From: an uncultured Solirubrobacterales bacterium
GTDB taxonomy: Bacteria; Actinomycetota; Thermoleophilia; Solirubrobacterales; Solirubrobacteraceae
Reading direction: 5' to 3'
Assembly (NCBI GenBank): GCA_963744695.1
Contig: CAVUUT010000016.1
Coordinates: 22,238 to 86,237, forward strand
Length of the DNA stretch: 64,000 bases
How positions within the stretch are numbered: position 1 is the first letter of the stretch; the number at the start of each line of letters is the position of its first letter. Shown piece after piece: positions 9,931 to 22,123 of this stretch. The translations under genes and the position numbers were made by a program. The notes beneath the pieces are model-generated. The model was given only the letters and a program-made list of their open reading frames with translations. It was not told the DNA's origin and did not search any database.

Positions 9931-9965
9931 GCCGGCGGCGTCCGCCTCAGGCGGGCGTCGCCGGC
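9931..9965. terminator. Hairpin between convergent genes, probably bidirectional
   Basis: GCCGGCGGCGTCCGCC-TCA-GGCGGGCGTCGCCGGC; similar to the 9172-9199 hairpin. Confidence 0.6.
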
Positions 9966-9968
9966 GCG

Positions 9969-11486
9969 TTAAGGGCCGTGCTCGTCGACGAGGACGCGGA
10001 CGGTCCTGAACGTCGGGTCGGCTGCGCCGTGCAGCCGCGCGCCCGCGGTCGTGAGCTGGCGCAGGTAGGTGATGACCTCGGCCGTAACGCGCTCGCCGGG
10101 CAGCAGGGTCGGGACGCCGGGCGGATAGCCGGCGATCGCCTCGGCCGAGATCCGGCCGATCGCGTCATCGACGGCGACCGCCTCGGCGACGCCGAGGAAC
10201 GCGTCGCGGATCGGCACCACCGTGTCGTGTGCGAGCGCCGCCGCCGGCCGGGCGATCGCCGGCGCGTCGCCGGGCTTGGAGATCCTGCGGACCGTTTCGG
10301 CGAAGTCATGCGTGAAGCGCTCGAGCGGCTCGACCGGCTGACCCATGCCGAGCACGAGCACGAGCGTCGCATGCGACGCGAGCTCGATGTAGATGTCATA
10401 CGAGGCGCGCAGCTCGGCGGCGATCTCATAACCGGTGCAGCCGGTCCCGCGAATGTCGATCACGATCCGCAGCGGGTCCCAGCCGGCGATCCCCGGCCGG
10501 CCGACCATCTCCCCGCCGACGACCGAGCACCCCGGGATCGCCTCGAGTTCGATTCGAGCCCGCGCGGCCGCCGCGAGCGTTCGATCGAGCAGCGCCTCGC
10601 CGTGCGCCGCGAGCTGGCGCCGGGCGCTGTCAAGCGAGGCGAGCAGCAGCGAGTTGGGGCTCGTCGAGCGCATCAGCCGCACGCATCGGGCGACCTCAGC
10701 GGGGTCGACGAGCCCGCCGGCGGCGACGTGCAGCATCGCCGACTGGGTCAGGCTGCCGACGATCTTGTGCGTCGAGCTCAGCACCGCGTCGGCACCGAGG
10801 CTGAGCGGCGACTCCGGGAGCATCGGATGAAAGCCGAAGTGCGAGCCCCAGGCGCAATCGACGACCAGCGCGACGCCGGACGCGTGCGCGACCTCGGCGC
10901 AGCCACCGATGTCGGCCGCCATCCCGTAGTAGGTCGGCGAGACGATGAACGCGGACTGCACGCCGGGCGAACGCTCGATCGCTTCGGCCAGGGCTTCTGG
11001 GGTCACGCCGTGGGCCATCCCGAGCTCGTCGTCGTACTCGGGCGCGACGAAGCTCGCGGTGCCGCCGCTCAGGACCAACCCGTCAACCACGCTCGCGTGC
11101 GAGTTGCGCTGCACGAGCACGTGGTTGGACGGCTTGGCGAGCGCGAGGCAGAGCGCGTGGTTGCCCTGCGAGGCGCCGTTGGTGAGAAACCAGGTCTGGC
11201 CGGCGCCGTAGGCGGCCGCCGCAAGCTGCTCGGCGCGCTCGTACGGCGTCGGCGAGGGGCCGAGGTCAATCCCCTCGATGTCCTGGCAGATGTCGAGCGC
11301 CAGGGCGTGCTCGCCGATCGCGGTGCGCAGCCCCGGGTCGGCGCCGGGGCCGCCCTTGTGGCCGGGAACATGGAAGCGGACCGAACCACGGAAGCCGTAG
11401 GAGACGATCGCGTCGAGGTAGGGCGCGGTCGGGAGCTCGCGTGTCGTCGGCGGGGCAGCTACGCGGTCGTCGCGGGCGACGCTCAC
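9969..11486 (-). CDS. PLP-dependent Orn/Lys/Arg decarboxylase (fold type I)
   Basis: FHVPGHKGG, RNSHAS, SPTYYG, SSTHK (PLP lysine), YPPGVPTLLPGE. GTG 11486 overlaps the prfB stop (GTGA). Confidence 0.9.
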   Translation of the reverse strand: MSVARDDRVAAPPTTRELPTAPYLDAIVSYGFRGSVRFHVPGHKGGPGADPGLRTAIGEHALALDICQDIEGIDLGPSPTPYERAEQLAAAAYGAGQTWFLTNGASQGNHALCLALAKPSNHVLVQRNSHASVVDGLVLSGGTASFVAPEYDDELGMAHGVTPEALAEAIERSPGVQSAFIVSPTYYGMAADIGGCAEVAHASGVALVVDCAWGSHFGFHPMLPESPLSLGADAVLSSTHKIVGSLTQSAMLHVAAGGLVDPAEVARCVRLMRSTSPNSLLLASLDSARRQLAAHGEALLDRTLAAAARARIELEAIPGCSVVGGEMVGRPGIAGWDPLRIVIDIRGTGCTGYEIAAELRASYDIYIELASHATLVLVLGMGQPVEPLERFTHDFAETVRRISKPGDAPAIARPAAALAHDTVVPIRDAFLGVAEAVAVDDAIGRISAEAIAGYPPGVPTLLPGERVTAEVITYLRQLTTAGARLHGAADPTFRTVRVLVDEHGP

Positions 11487-12587
11487 TTGGCCGTCTTCTC
11501 CAGGTACGCGCGCACGAAGCCGTCGAGGTCGCCGTCGAGCACTCGGTTGGTGTCCCCCATCTCGTAGTCGGTGCGGTGGTCCTTGACCATCGTGTAGGGG
11601 TGCAGCACGTAGGAGCGGATCTGGGAGCCGAAGTTGACGTCCTGCGCCTCCCCCTTCTCCTTGGCGATCTCCTCGCGGCGCTTGCGCTCCTCGCGCTCGA
11701 GCAGCCGCGAGCGCAGCATCGCCATCGCCTCGGCCTTGTTGGACGACTGCGAGCGCTCGTTCTGGCACTGGACCACGATCCCGGTGGGCCTGTGGGTGAT
11801 CCGGACGGCCGAATCGGTCTTGTTGACGTGCTGGCCGCCGGCGCCGCTGGCGCGGTAAGTGTCGATCTGGAGGTCGTCATCGTCGATCTGCAGCTCCGAG
11901 GCCTCTTCGACGACCGGCGAGACCTCGACCCCTGCGAAGCTCGTCTGGCGCCGGTTGGCGGAATCGAACGGCGACAGTCGGACGAGCCGGTGCACCCCCT
12001 TCTCCGAGCCGTACAGGCCGTAGGCGTTCTCGCCCTTGACCCTGAAAGTCGCCGACTTGATCCCGGCCTCCTCTCCCGGTGACACCTCGAGCAGCTCGAC
12101 GTCGAAACCGCGCTTCTCGGCCCAGCGCATCTCCATCCGCAGCACCATCTCGGCCCAGTCCTGGGCGTCGGTACCGCCCGCACCGGCGTTGACGGTCACG
12201 AGCGCGTCGCCGGCGTCGTACTGGCCCGCGAACAGGCGCTGCTCCTCGAGCTCGGCGAGCCGGTCCTGGACGGACGTGATCTGGTCCTCGAACTCCGCCG
12301 CGAGCTCGGGGTCGTCCTCGGCGAGCTCGGCGAGCGGCTCGAGATCGTCAACGTCGCGCTCGAGCTCGCGGAACACGTTGAGCCTGCGGCTCGTGCGCGC
12401 GTGCTCGGCAGTGACGCGAGCCGCCCGCTCCTGGTCATCCCAGAACCCGGTCGCCCCCATCTCGTCCTCGAGCTCGCCGGCCCGTTGGGACAGCCCAGCT
12501 GGGTCAAAGATAGTCCGCAAGCAGCTTGAGCTGCTCGCGGATCGCCGCTAGGCGCTGGGGAAGCGGCTCTGTCGGTGCGCTGGGCAT
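11483..12587 (-). CDS. prfB: Peptide chain release factor 2 with programmed +1 frameshift
   Basis: ATG 12587 MPSAPTEPLPQRLAAIREQLKLLADYL, then CTT-TGA-C (12509-12503); the +1 frame continues DPAGLSQ... and carries the SPF and GGQ motifs. Confidence 0.96.
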
Positions 12588-12666
12588 CGGCGACTACCCT
12601 AGCAGCGGCCCTGGTGCCCTCCGGCGCCGTGACCGATGAAGGTCGCTCGTGGCCCGTTCGGCGCCC

Positions 12667-15522
<2,856 letters not shown>

Positions 15523-15594
15523 ATGGCTAGGGTAGCGCGGGCACGGGGGCCGCTGGAGGTCAATCAACCGCCAGCCTAGGTCACTGGATCTGCG

Positions 15595-15948
15595 CTATGC
15601 GGCCGTCGAGACGTCGCCTCCCGGAGCCGCCGCGGCGCGCGCTTCACGCCGGCGCCGGCGCTTGTCCCGGTGTCGCTTGACCTGGACCGAAATCTCCTCG
15701 CTGACCTTGTTGATCGAGGTGATCATCTCGCGCGAAGAGCTACGCGCCCGCAGCGTCACGCCTTTTAGGTGCAAGGTGGCCTCGGCCACCTGCGAATCGG
15801 CGATCGCCGGGTTGCGTTCCTCGAACAGCTCGACCTCAAGCTCAGCCAGTTCCGAGACCTGTCGCGAGACCTTGCGAAAGCGCTTGACGACGTGCTCTCT
15901 GATGTCGTCTGAGACGGGCAGGTTTCTCCCCTTGACCTCGATCCGCAT
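15595..15948 (-). CDS. hpf: Ribosome hibernation factor / RaiA (short form)
   Basis: MRIEVKGRNLPVSD...AEATLHLKGVTLRA; conserved position upstream of secA; AGGAGG SD. Confidence 0.9.
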   Translation of the reverse strand: MRIEVKGRNLPVSDDIREHVVKRFRKVSRQVSELAELEVELFEERNPAIADSQVAEATLHLKGVTLRARSSSREMITSINKVSEEISVQVKRHRDKRRRRREARAAAAPGGDVSTAA

Positions 15949-16029
15949 CGGCCGACCTCCTGGCTTGGAAGCGTTGATCTATGTAAAACCGAGGTTAATC
16001 ACGACGCCGGACTTTGTCGAGCGGTCAGA

Positions 16030-16857
16030 ATGCCCATGTTGGCATCGAACGTCGCCCCGAAGATCGCCTGGTCGTTTGAGCCGAGTGTGCTGATCGGCGT
16101 CGCCGCGCTTGCGATTCTGTACCTGCTCGCCTGGCGTCGCGGCCGGGCCACCGGCTCGCGGCACAAACCGGGCTTCGGCCGCCTGGCCCTGTTCACGTGC
16201 GGATTGCTCGCGATCCTCGCCGCGCTCGTCTCGCCGCTCGACGGGCTCGGCGATCAGCTGCTGGTGATGCACATGATCCAGCACATCCTGCTGCTCGACA
16301 TCGTCCCGATCCTGCTGATCCTCGGCCTCAACAAGGTCCTGCTCCGTCCGGTCACGCGGCGGCTGCACTCGATCGAGCAGCGCGCCGGCTATCTCGCGCA
16401 TCCGGCGTTCGCCGTGCTTCTGTACGCGGGCTTCATGTGGGGCTGGCACATCCCGGCGATGTACGACGCCGCGCTGCGCAACAGCTACGTGCACGCGTTC
16501 GAGCACCTGTGTTTCGCGGCCGCGGGGACGCTCTACTGGTGGCACATCATGTCGCCGATCCGCAGCCGCATGCGGCTCGGCGGACTCGGTCCGGTCGCGT
16601 ACATGACGTCGACCAAGCTGCTCGTCGGGCTGCTCGGGATTGCGCTCGCATTCGCGCCGGCGTCGTTCTATCCCTTCTACGAGCACCACCCGCACTATTG
16701 GGGGCTCTCGCCGAGCGAGGATCAGTCGATGGCGGGGCTGACGATGGCGCTTGAGCAGTCGATCGTGATGGGGATCGCGCTCGTCGTCGTGTTCGTCCAG
16801 ATGCTCACCGAGTCCGAGCGCGAGGCACAGCGCGAGGAGCGCTTCGAGATCGCCTGA
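16030..16857 (+). CDS. Cytochrome c oxidase assembly factor CtaG-like membrane protein
   Basis: SPLD...HMIQHILL, WHIPAMYDAAL...HAFEH, EDQSMAG; multi-TM. Confidence 0.85.
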   Translation: MPMLASNVAPKIAWSFEPSVLIGVAALAILYLLAWRRGRATGSRHKPGFGRLALFTCGLLAILAALVSPLDGLGDQLLVMHMIQHILLLDIVPILLILGLNKVLLRPVTRRLHSIEQRAGYLAHPAFAVLLYAGFMWGWHIPAMYDAALRNSYVHAFEHLCFAAAGTLYWWHIMSPIRSRMRLGGLGPVAYMTSTKLLVGLLGIALAFAPASFYPFYEHHPHYWGLSPSEDQSMAGLTMALEQSIVMGIALVVVFVQMLTESEREAQREERFEIA

Positions 16858-16899
16858 CGCGGGCGCGCTGGCGGTCGAGCGCGGAGCCCAACGCGGGTC

Positions 16900-16926
16900 G
16901 CGCGGAGGCCGCTCGGGCCTCCGCGC
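16900..16926. terminator. Hairpin between convergent genes
   Basis: GCGCGGAGGCC-GCTCG-GGCCTCCGCGC, a perfect 11-bp stem. Confidence 0.6.
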
Positions 16927-16946
16927 AACGCGTAGTTCAGGTCAGG

Positions 16947-17750
16947 CTACTTCGAGCACTTGGCAGAGCCGTTGACCGTGGCCATCTGGGTCTGCTTGGT
17001 GGTCGGAAGCGTCGCCGTGAATGTAGTCGCGTATGGCCGCTTGCCGTTCTTGCACGCGAACGACGCGATCGACGAGACGGTCTTGCCGTGGACCTTCTTG
17101 CTCTTCTTGAGCCAGTTCAGGTTCTGGGTCAACAACGAGCCCGCCAGCCCGGACGGGAACGAGATCGACGACGGGATCGGGACGTTGGTCACCATGTACT
17201 TGCCCTGCATCTTGTAGGTGCCCGGGTACGGGGGGGTGTCCCCGGTCGTGATGACGCCGCCGGCGCACTCGTGATTGGTCTGGTTGGTGACAAAGAAGAA
17301 CACCAGCTTGCCCTGGCCGCCGTTCCAGACGTGCAGGAACGGAGCGCACGGGAAGGTGCCTGGTGCCGTAGCACTGAAGTTACTCGGCGAGCCAACCGCC
17401 GCGGTGATCGAGCCGGTCGCGACCATCGCCCCCTTCGGGCAACCGCTATCCCCGTTCGGGCCGGCCGCCGCGATCTTCGCCACGCTGCAGGTCGGGAAGT
17501 CCTTCCCGTCGCTCTTGATGCCGTAGATCTTGGTCTTGACGTTGAGCAGGATGGCGGTCCGGTTGCCGCCGGTCCCCGTCGCCACGTAGTGCTGGTGGAA
17601 GCCGATCGGCACCGGCTTCTTCTTCGTGCCCGCCTTCGTCGAAGTGAACTTGAGCGGGGCTGTGTAGGTGTTGATCGCGGTGTCGGCGTAAGCCGCCGCG
17701 GCCGCCACGAGCACGACAAGCGCCGTGACGGCTAGAACGATTTTTCGCAA
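16947..17750 (-). CDS. Secreted Thr/Lys/Gly-rich hypothetical protein with six Cys
   Basis: TTG start at 17750 after a GAGGAGG SD; signal peptide ending AAYA-D; GC3-rich codons. Confidence 0.75.
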   Translation of the reverse strand: MRKIVLAVTALVVLVAAAAAYADTAINTYTAPLKFTSTKAGTKKKPVPIGFHQHYVATGTGGNRTAILLNVKTKIYGIKSDGKDFPTCSVAKIAAAGPNGDSGCPKGAMVATGSITAAVGSPSNFSATAPGTFPCAPFLHVWNGGQGKLVFFFVTNQTNHECAGGVITTGDTPPYPGTYKMQGKYMVTNVPIPSSISFPSGLAGSLLTQNLNWLKKSKKVHGKTVSSIASFACKNGKRPYATTFTATLPTTKQTQMATVNGSAKCSK

Positions 17751-17811
17751 GTGAGTCCTCCTCGGATGATTGATGTGGATGCGCCTGACCACCCTGACCA
17801 CCGCGCCGGCC

Positions 17812-19314
17812 TCATGGAAGCGGTTGGAGATGGGGGAAGGTCTGGTCTTGACCGGTCGTCAGCGTCCCGAGCGGGCTCTGGCTGGTGCACCGCGGACCGG
17901 ACGGGTTAGACGTGAAGTAGTACTTCTGGAGAAGTTGCTCGATTGTTAACACGTTGCCGCCAACAAAAGTTGTGCTCTGTGATAGGGACGGCGCTAGTCC
18001 AGGCAGCACGTGACTCGTGCAGAGGTAGCTGCCGAAGACGGGCAGTCCCTGACGAAGCTGGCTGTAGCCTCCCGGAGCCAGGTAGGGGTTGCTGCGGTTG
18101 CTCTCTGGCCGCGTCTGATACGGCGTCAGCGTCTCGGGGTTGATCGGGTTCGAGATCCGGACGTAGTGACGCTCACCGCCATACGCCGAGGCACGCTGCC
18201 CTTCCGTCGTGGCCGTGCTGTTGGCGAAGAAGGCGGCGATCTCGCGCCGGTAGGTGTTGATGTAGTTGACGACCGGAACGACGCCGCCCAGGTACGGCGC
18301 CAGCCGCGTGAAGAACGGCACGCTGTCGTTGAGGAAGCCCTCGAGCGCCGGGAAGCCGGCCTTCGAGGCCTGCGTCAGCGGACCGACATCGATCAGCAGA
18401 TCGCGCAGCTCCGGCGCAAGCGTGACCGTCTTGGCGAGCACCGGGTTCAGCGCCAGCGCGGCGGGCCGCAGCTCATCGACTAGCGGCTTGGTCGTCTGCG
18501 CGAAGCGCGTCAGCTGCTCGATCGTCGCGGTTGACTCGCTGAGGAACGCCGGGAATGCCTTGATCGTGTCAGCGAGCGCCACATCGCGTGCCGAGGTCGT
18601 GGCGAACAGCGCGTTGTTGTTGCGCACGAACGACTGCAGCGTCGACGGAGAGCGGCTCAGTGCCCGGAACACCTGTCCCCCGTCGTGCAGCAGCGTCGTC
18701 GTCGCCTTCCCCTGACGGCGCAGAACGGTGAGCACCGACTCGACGTTGGTCGCGAACGGATACAGGTCCGCGAATGCCGCGTTGAACTGCTCGCCGCGGT
18801 TGGTCAGCGCGATCGCACCCTGCTGCATCCACGTCTGAAATGCCCGCCGGGTCGTCGGGTCGAAGGTCGAGAAGATCTGATCGAGCTGCACCGTCGGCGA
18901 TACCTGCGCCTGCGGCAGGGTGCCGTTGTCGGGGAGCTTGGGGCCATTCGGGTTGCCCGCCGAGAGCTCGACGTAAGTCTCGCCGAGGAGTGTCTTGGCG
19001 CGCAGGATCGCCCGCGTGTTCGCTGGGCGGGGAGCGAACTGCTTCTCGATCTCGACCACCGCCCGCGAGAGGCCGGTCTTGTGGTCAAGGCCGACGCTGA
19101 CCACGTGGCCGACGGTCACACCCGAGATGTCGACCTGGGCCTGCGTGCCGAGCTCGACGGCCTCGGGGAACTCGACCGTGAACCGGTAGCCCTCGGGCGC
19201 CAGCGGGATCGAACCGCCGAACGAGAGCCACAGGAACAGGAGCAGCCCGATGCACGAGGCCGTGAATGCGACCATCGTCAGGATTGCGGTTGTGCTCGGT
19301 CGCTTCTTGCTCAT
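17812..19314 (-). CDS. MCE/MlaD family protein (6th of cluster)
   Basis: N-terminal TM, VDISGVTVGHV, ILRAKTLLGETYVEL, long helical region; ATGA overlap. Confidence 0.9.
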   Translation of the reverse strand: MSKKRPSTTAILTMVAFTASCIGLLLFLWLSFGGSIPLAPEGYRFTVEFPEAVELGTQAQVDISGVTVGHVVSVGLDHKTGLSRAVVEIEKQFAPRPANTRAILRAKTLLGETYVELSAGNPNGPKLPDNGTLPQAQVSPTVQLDQIFSTFDPTTRRAFQTWMQQGAIALTNRGEQFNAAFADLYPFATNVESVLTVLRRQGKATTTLLHDGGQVFRALSRSPSTLQSFVRNNNALFATTSARDVALADTIKAFPAFLSESTATIEQLTRFAQTTKPLVDELRPAALALNPVLAKTVTLAPELRDLLIDVGPLTQASKAGFPALEGFLNDSVPFFTRLAPYLGGVVPVVNYINTYRREIAAFFANSTATTEGQRASAYGGERHYVRISNPINPETLTPYQTRPESNRSNPYLAPGGYSQLRQGLPVFGSYLCTSHVLPGLAPSLSQSTTFVGGNVLTIEQLLQKYYFTSNPSGPRCTSQSPLGTLTTGQDQTFPHLQPLP

Positions 19315-20684
19315 CCGGTCCTCGGGCAGATGACCTGCGAGCTGCCGGGGAGGGTCGTCACTCCGGGCAGCTCGGCCAGCGGCGGCAGGTTGAGCAGATC
19401 GAGGATCACCCCGATCGGCTCGCTGCTGACCTGAAGGCTGCCCTCGAAGAAGTTCAGCTGGCTGCAGGTCCCCATGAAAATGCCTTGCAGCACGGCGCCG
19501 TTGGCGTCCTGGGCGGCGGTCAGGCTGTCGGCGATGTGGGCCAGCCACGAGCCCCAGAACAGGTAGCTCGGCTGACCGCCCTTCTGGTAGGCGAGCGTGT
19601 TGAACAGGTCATTGAGGACGCCGACGCTCTTTGTCAGATTGGGGATCGCCTGCGAGAGCGAGGCCGATGCCGGCGCGAGCGTCCGCGCGAGCGGCTGAAC
19701 GGCGATCGAGAACGGACGCAGCTGGTTCTTGATCACCGGCGTCGTATCCCGGAACAGCGGTCGTGTCGCGGCGAGCGCCGGTCCGAGGTTGTGCGCGAAC
19801 GGGACCAGTTCGTGCAGCGTCGTGGCGCTCGCCTGCGAGAACGTCTTGACCTTGCCGACGGTCTCGGTCGTCTGCCGCAGCGTCCCCGGGAACAGCGACA
19901 GGGTCGACTCGAGCTGCGCGTCGTTGGCCGCGATCGCCGAGAAGTTCGTGTCCGAGGACGAGACCAGCGACGAGAGCTGGGTATCGACGTTGCCGAGCGA
20001 GTTCGCGACCAGATTGAGGTTGTGGATCGAGCGACGCAGGTTGTCGTCGCGGGCCGCGATCAGGTGGGTCAGCGACAGCGTGTCGCGGTCAAGCGGCTCG
20101 AAGCGCTTGAGCGTCCCGCGCAGGTCAGAGACGGCAGCCCGGCTCGGGGCCACCTGGGTCGAACCGTGATCGTGAAACGCCTGCGCGCCGCTGGCCAGCA
20201 GCAGGACCAGGTAGTTGCGCGTGTCGGCGTCGAGCGAGGAGAGGATCTGCGAGAGGTCGACATCGGGGTTGGTCTGGTCCGAGCTCAGGCTGCCGCCGTT
20301 GGGGACGACGCCGGCGCTCTTGGTCCCGGGGTCGAGCGCGAGGTACATATCCTTCAGCGGTGTCCGAGGACGCAGCAGGACGGTCGCGTTGCGGTAGATC
20401 GGCTGGTACTTCTTGTAGATGTGCATCGTCACGACCGCTTGCCCGTTCTGCAGTGAGACGCCGCCGACCTGTCCCACCTGGACGCCGGCGATCGTGATCG
20501 CCTGGCCCTGTCCGGAGGTGACCGCGGCCGCGGTCGAGAACGGCGCCTTGACCGTGTAGTACGACTGCCCGAACACGAACGCCGGCTGGTGCTCGAGGAT
20601 GTAGCCGCTGACGAAGATCGCCCCGATCACCAGCGCGATGATCGCCGCGAAGTCGATCCGGTGGATCATGATCGCGCGCTTCAC
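19311..20684 (-). CDS. MCE/MlaD family protein (5th)
   Basis: ITIAGVQVGQV, LRPRTPLKDMYLALDPG. Confidence 0.9.
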   Translation of the reverse strand: MKRAIMIHRIDFAAIIALVIGAIFVSGYILEHQPAFVFGQSYYTVKAPFSTAAAVTSGQGQAITIAGVQVGQVGGVSLQNGQAVVTMHIYKKYQPIYRNATVLLRPRTPLKDMYLALDPGTKSAGVVPNGGSLSSDQTNPDVDLSQILSSLDADTRNYLVLLLASGAQAFHDHGSTQVAPSRAAVSDLRGTLKRFEPLDRDTLSLTHLIAARDDNLRRSIHNLNLVANSLGNVDTQLSSLVSSSDTNFSAIAANDAQLESTLSLFPGTLRQTTETVGKVKTFSQASATTLHELVPFAHNLGPALAATRPLFRDTTPVIKNQLRPFSIAVQPLARTLAPASASLSQAIPNLTKSVGVLNDLFNTLAYQKGGQPSYLFWGSWLAHIADSLTAAQDANGAVLQGIFMGTCSQLNFFEGSLQVSSEPIGVILDLLNLPPLAELPGVTTLPGSSQVICPRTG

Positions 20685-22123
20685 GGTCCCGCTCCCGTTT
20701 TGGCCGCGTTCAGGTTCGGCTCCGGGTTCTTGAAGCAGGGAACGTTGCCGCGGATCGGCGGTGCCTTTCCCGGATAGGCCGGGCGCGTGCCGAGCGTCGG
20801 TAGGACCGCGTTGCCGAACAACGGACCCTGCGATCCCAGCGAGCCGGTCTGAACCCGATCGTCGCCGCCGCCGGCGACCGCCCGCAGATAGCGACCGTTG
20901 CCATCGAAGTTCTGCCCGACGCTCGCGAGGCCGACCGCCGACTGGAAGAGCTCCTGATAGACGTGCAGCCCGGTCGTCACAGGCGGGTCAAGGATCTTCT
21001 GATTGCCTGTCGGGACGATGTTGTGGATGAAACAGCGCGCGAGCGTGTCAGACCCACTGAGCAGCGCCTTGCTCGAGTTCAGCGTCGAAGCGGTCCCCTG
21101 GATCGCCGGCGTCAGCGACGCCAGCAGGCCGCGCAACTCCTGGCGCGAGAACAGCGCCGTCGACTGGGCGACCCACGGGAACGCCGCGTCGATCGTCGGC
21201 CCGAGCTGTTTGACGCTCGGGGTCAACTCGCTCGCGAACTCGCGTGTCGGCCCGAACGACGCCTGGATCGGCCCGAGCGCGCTGTCGACCGCGCGCAGCG
21301 TCGGCGGCAGCAGCGCGATCGTCTGACTGAGAGCGTCCTGGCGGGCGGCAAGCGCCCCCATCGTCTGATTGAACGAGGTGATCAGGTGCGCGAGGTGCGC
21401 TTGCGAGGCCGACAGTCCGCTGAACGTGTGGTCCAGGCCAACGACGACGCCCGAGAGGTCGTGCGGCTGCTGGCCGAGCAGCGCCTCGTTGACGATCGAG
21501 GACGCCTGGAATGCCTTGTAGGCGTAGTTGAGCGACTCGTTGAGTGACTGGCCCGCGGTCAGCCCGCGCTGGGTCGGGTCCTGGGTCGCGTCCTCGGCGG
21601 GCGTTGGCTTTCCGTCGAGCGCCCCGCCGAACCCGCGCAGCAGCGTCTGAAGGTTGGCGCGGGTGTTCGAGTTCAGCGCCGACAGAACCCGGTCGAGCTG
21701 GACCGGACCGGTCGTGTTCGCGGCCGGAAGGGTCTGGCCGGTTCCAAGCGCCGGGGCGCTCGGAGTGCCGGGCCGCAGATCGATGTAGTAGCTGCCCTCG
21801 AGGAACAGCCGCGGGCGGATGTCGGCGGTCGCGTTGGAGTGAATCGGCAACGCGTTGCTGTCGATGTTCATCGAGACGATCGCCGCGCTCGGGGAGCCCT
21901 TCACCATCTGGATCGACGTCACCTTGCCGACGTCGACCCCCGCGATCCGGACTGGTGAGTCGAGGTGCAGCTCGGTCTGCTTCGTGAAGGTCGCATTGAG
22001 GACGAACGGCGAGGCTCCGAACGGGACCGAGCCGCCGAACACGAGGTAACAGACGACACCGATCACGACGATCGCGATCAGTCCGGCGACGAGGTTCGAG
22101 ATCCGCGATCGGTGGCGTCTCAT
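20681..22123 (-). CDS. MCE/MlaD family protein (4th)
   Basis: SPVRIAGVDVGKV, IRPRLFLEGSYYIDLRPG. Confidence 0.9.
   Translation of the reverse strand: MRRHRSRISNLVAGLIAIVVIGVVCYLVFGGSVPFGASPFVLNATFTKQTELHLDSPVRIAGVDVGKVTSIQMVKGSPSAAIVSMNIDSNALPIHSNATADIRPRLFLEGSYYIDLRPGTPSAPALGTGQTLPAANTTGPVQLDRVLSALNSNTRANLQTLLRGFGGALDGKPTPAEDATQDPTQRGLTAGQSLNESLNYAYKAFQASSIVNEALLGQQPHDLSGVVVGLDHTFSGLSASQAHLAHLITSFNQTMGALAARQDALSQTIALLPPTLRAVDSALGPIQASFGPTREFASELTPSVKQLGPTIDAAFPWVAQSTALFSRQELRGLLASLTPAIQGTASTLNSSKALLSGSDTLARCFIHNIVPTGNQKILDPPVTTGLHVYQELFQSAVGLASVGQNFDGNGRYLRAVAGGGDDRVQTGSLGSQGPLFGNAVLPTLGTRPAYPGKAPPIRGNVPCFKNPEPNLNAAKTGAGP

Noticed and set aside
11487-11768. ORF-track N-terminal extensions (decarboxylase; also ftsE, pgi/pmi, M20, wecA, glyA, etfB, MCE genes)
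   Set aside because: They overlap neighbouring genes or promoters; coupled or leaderless starts downstream fit better.
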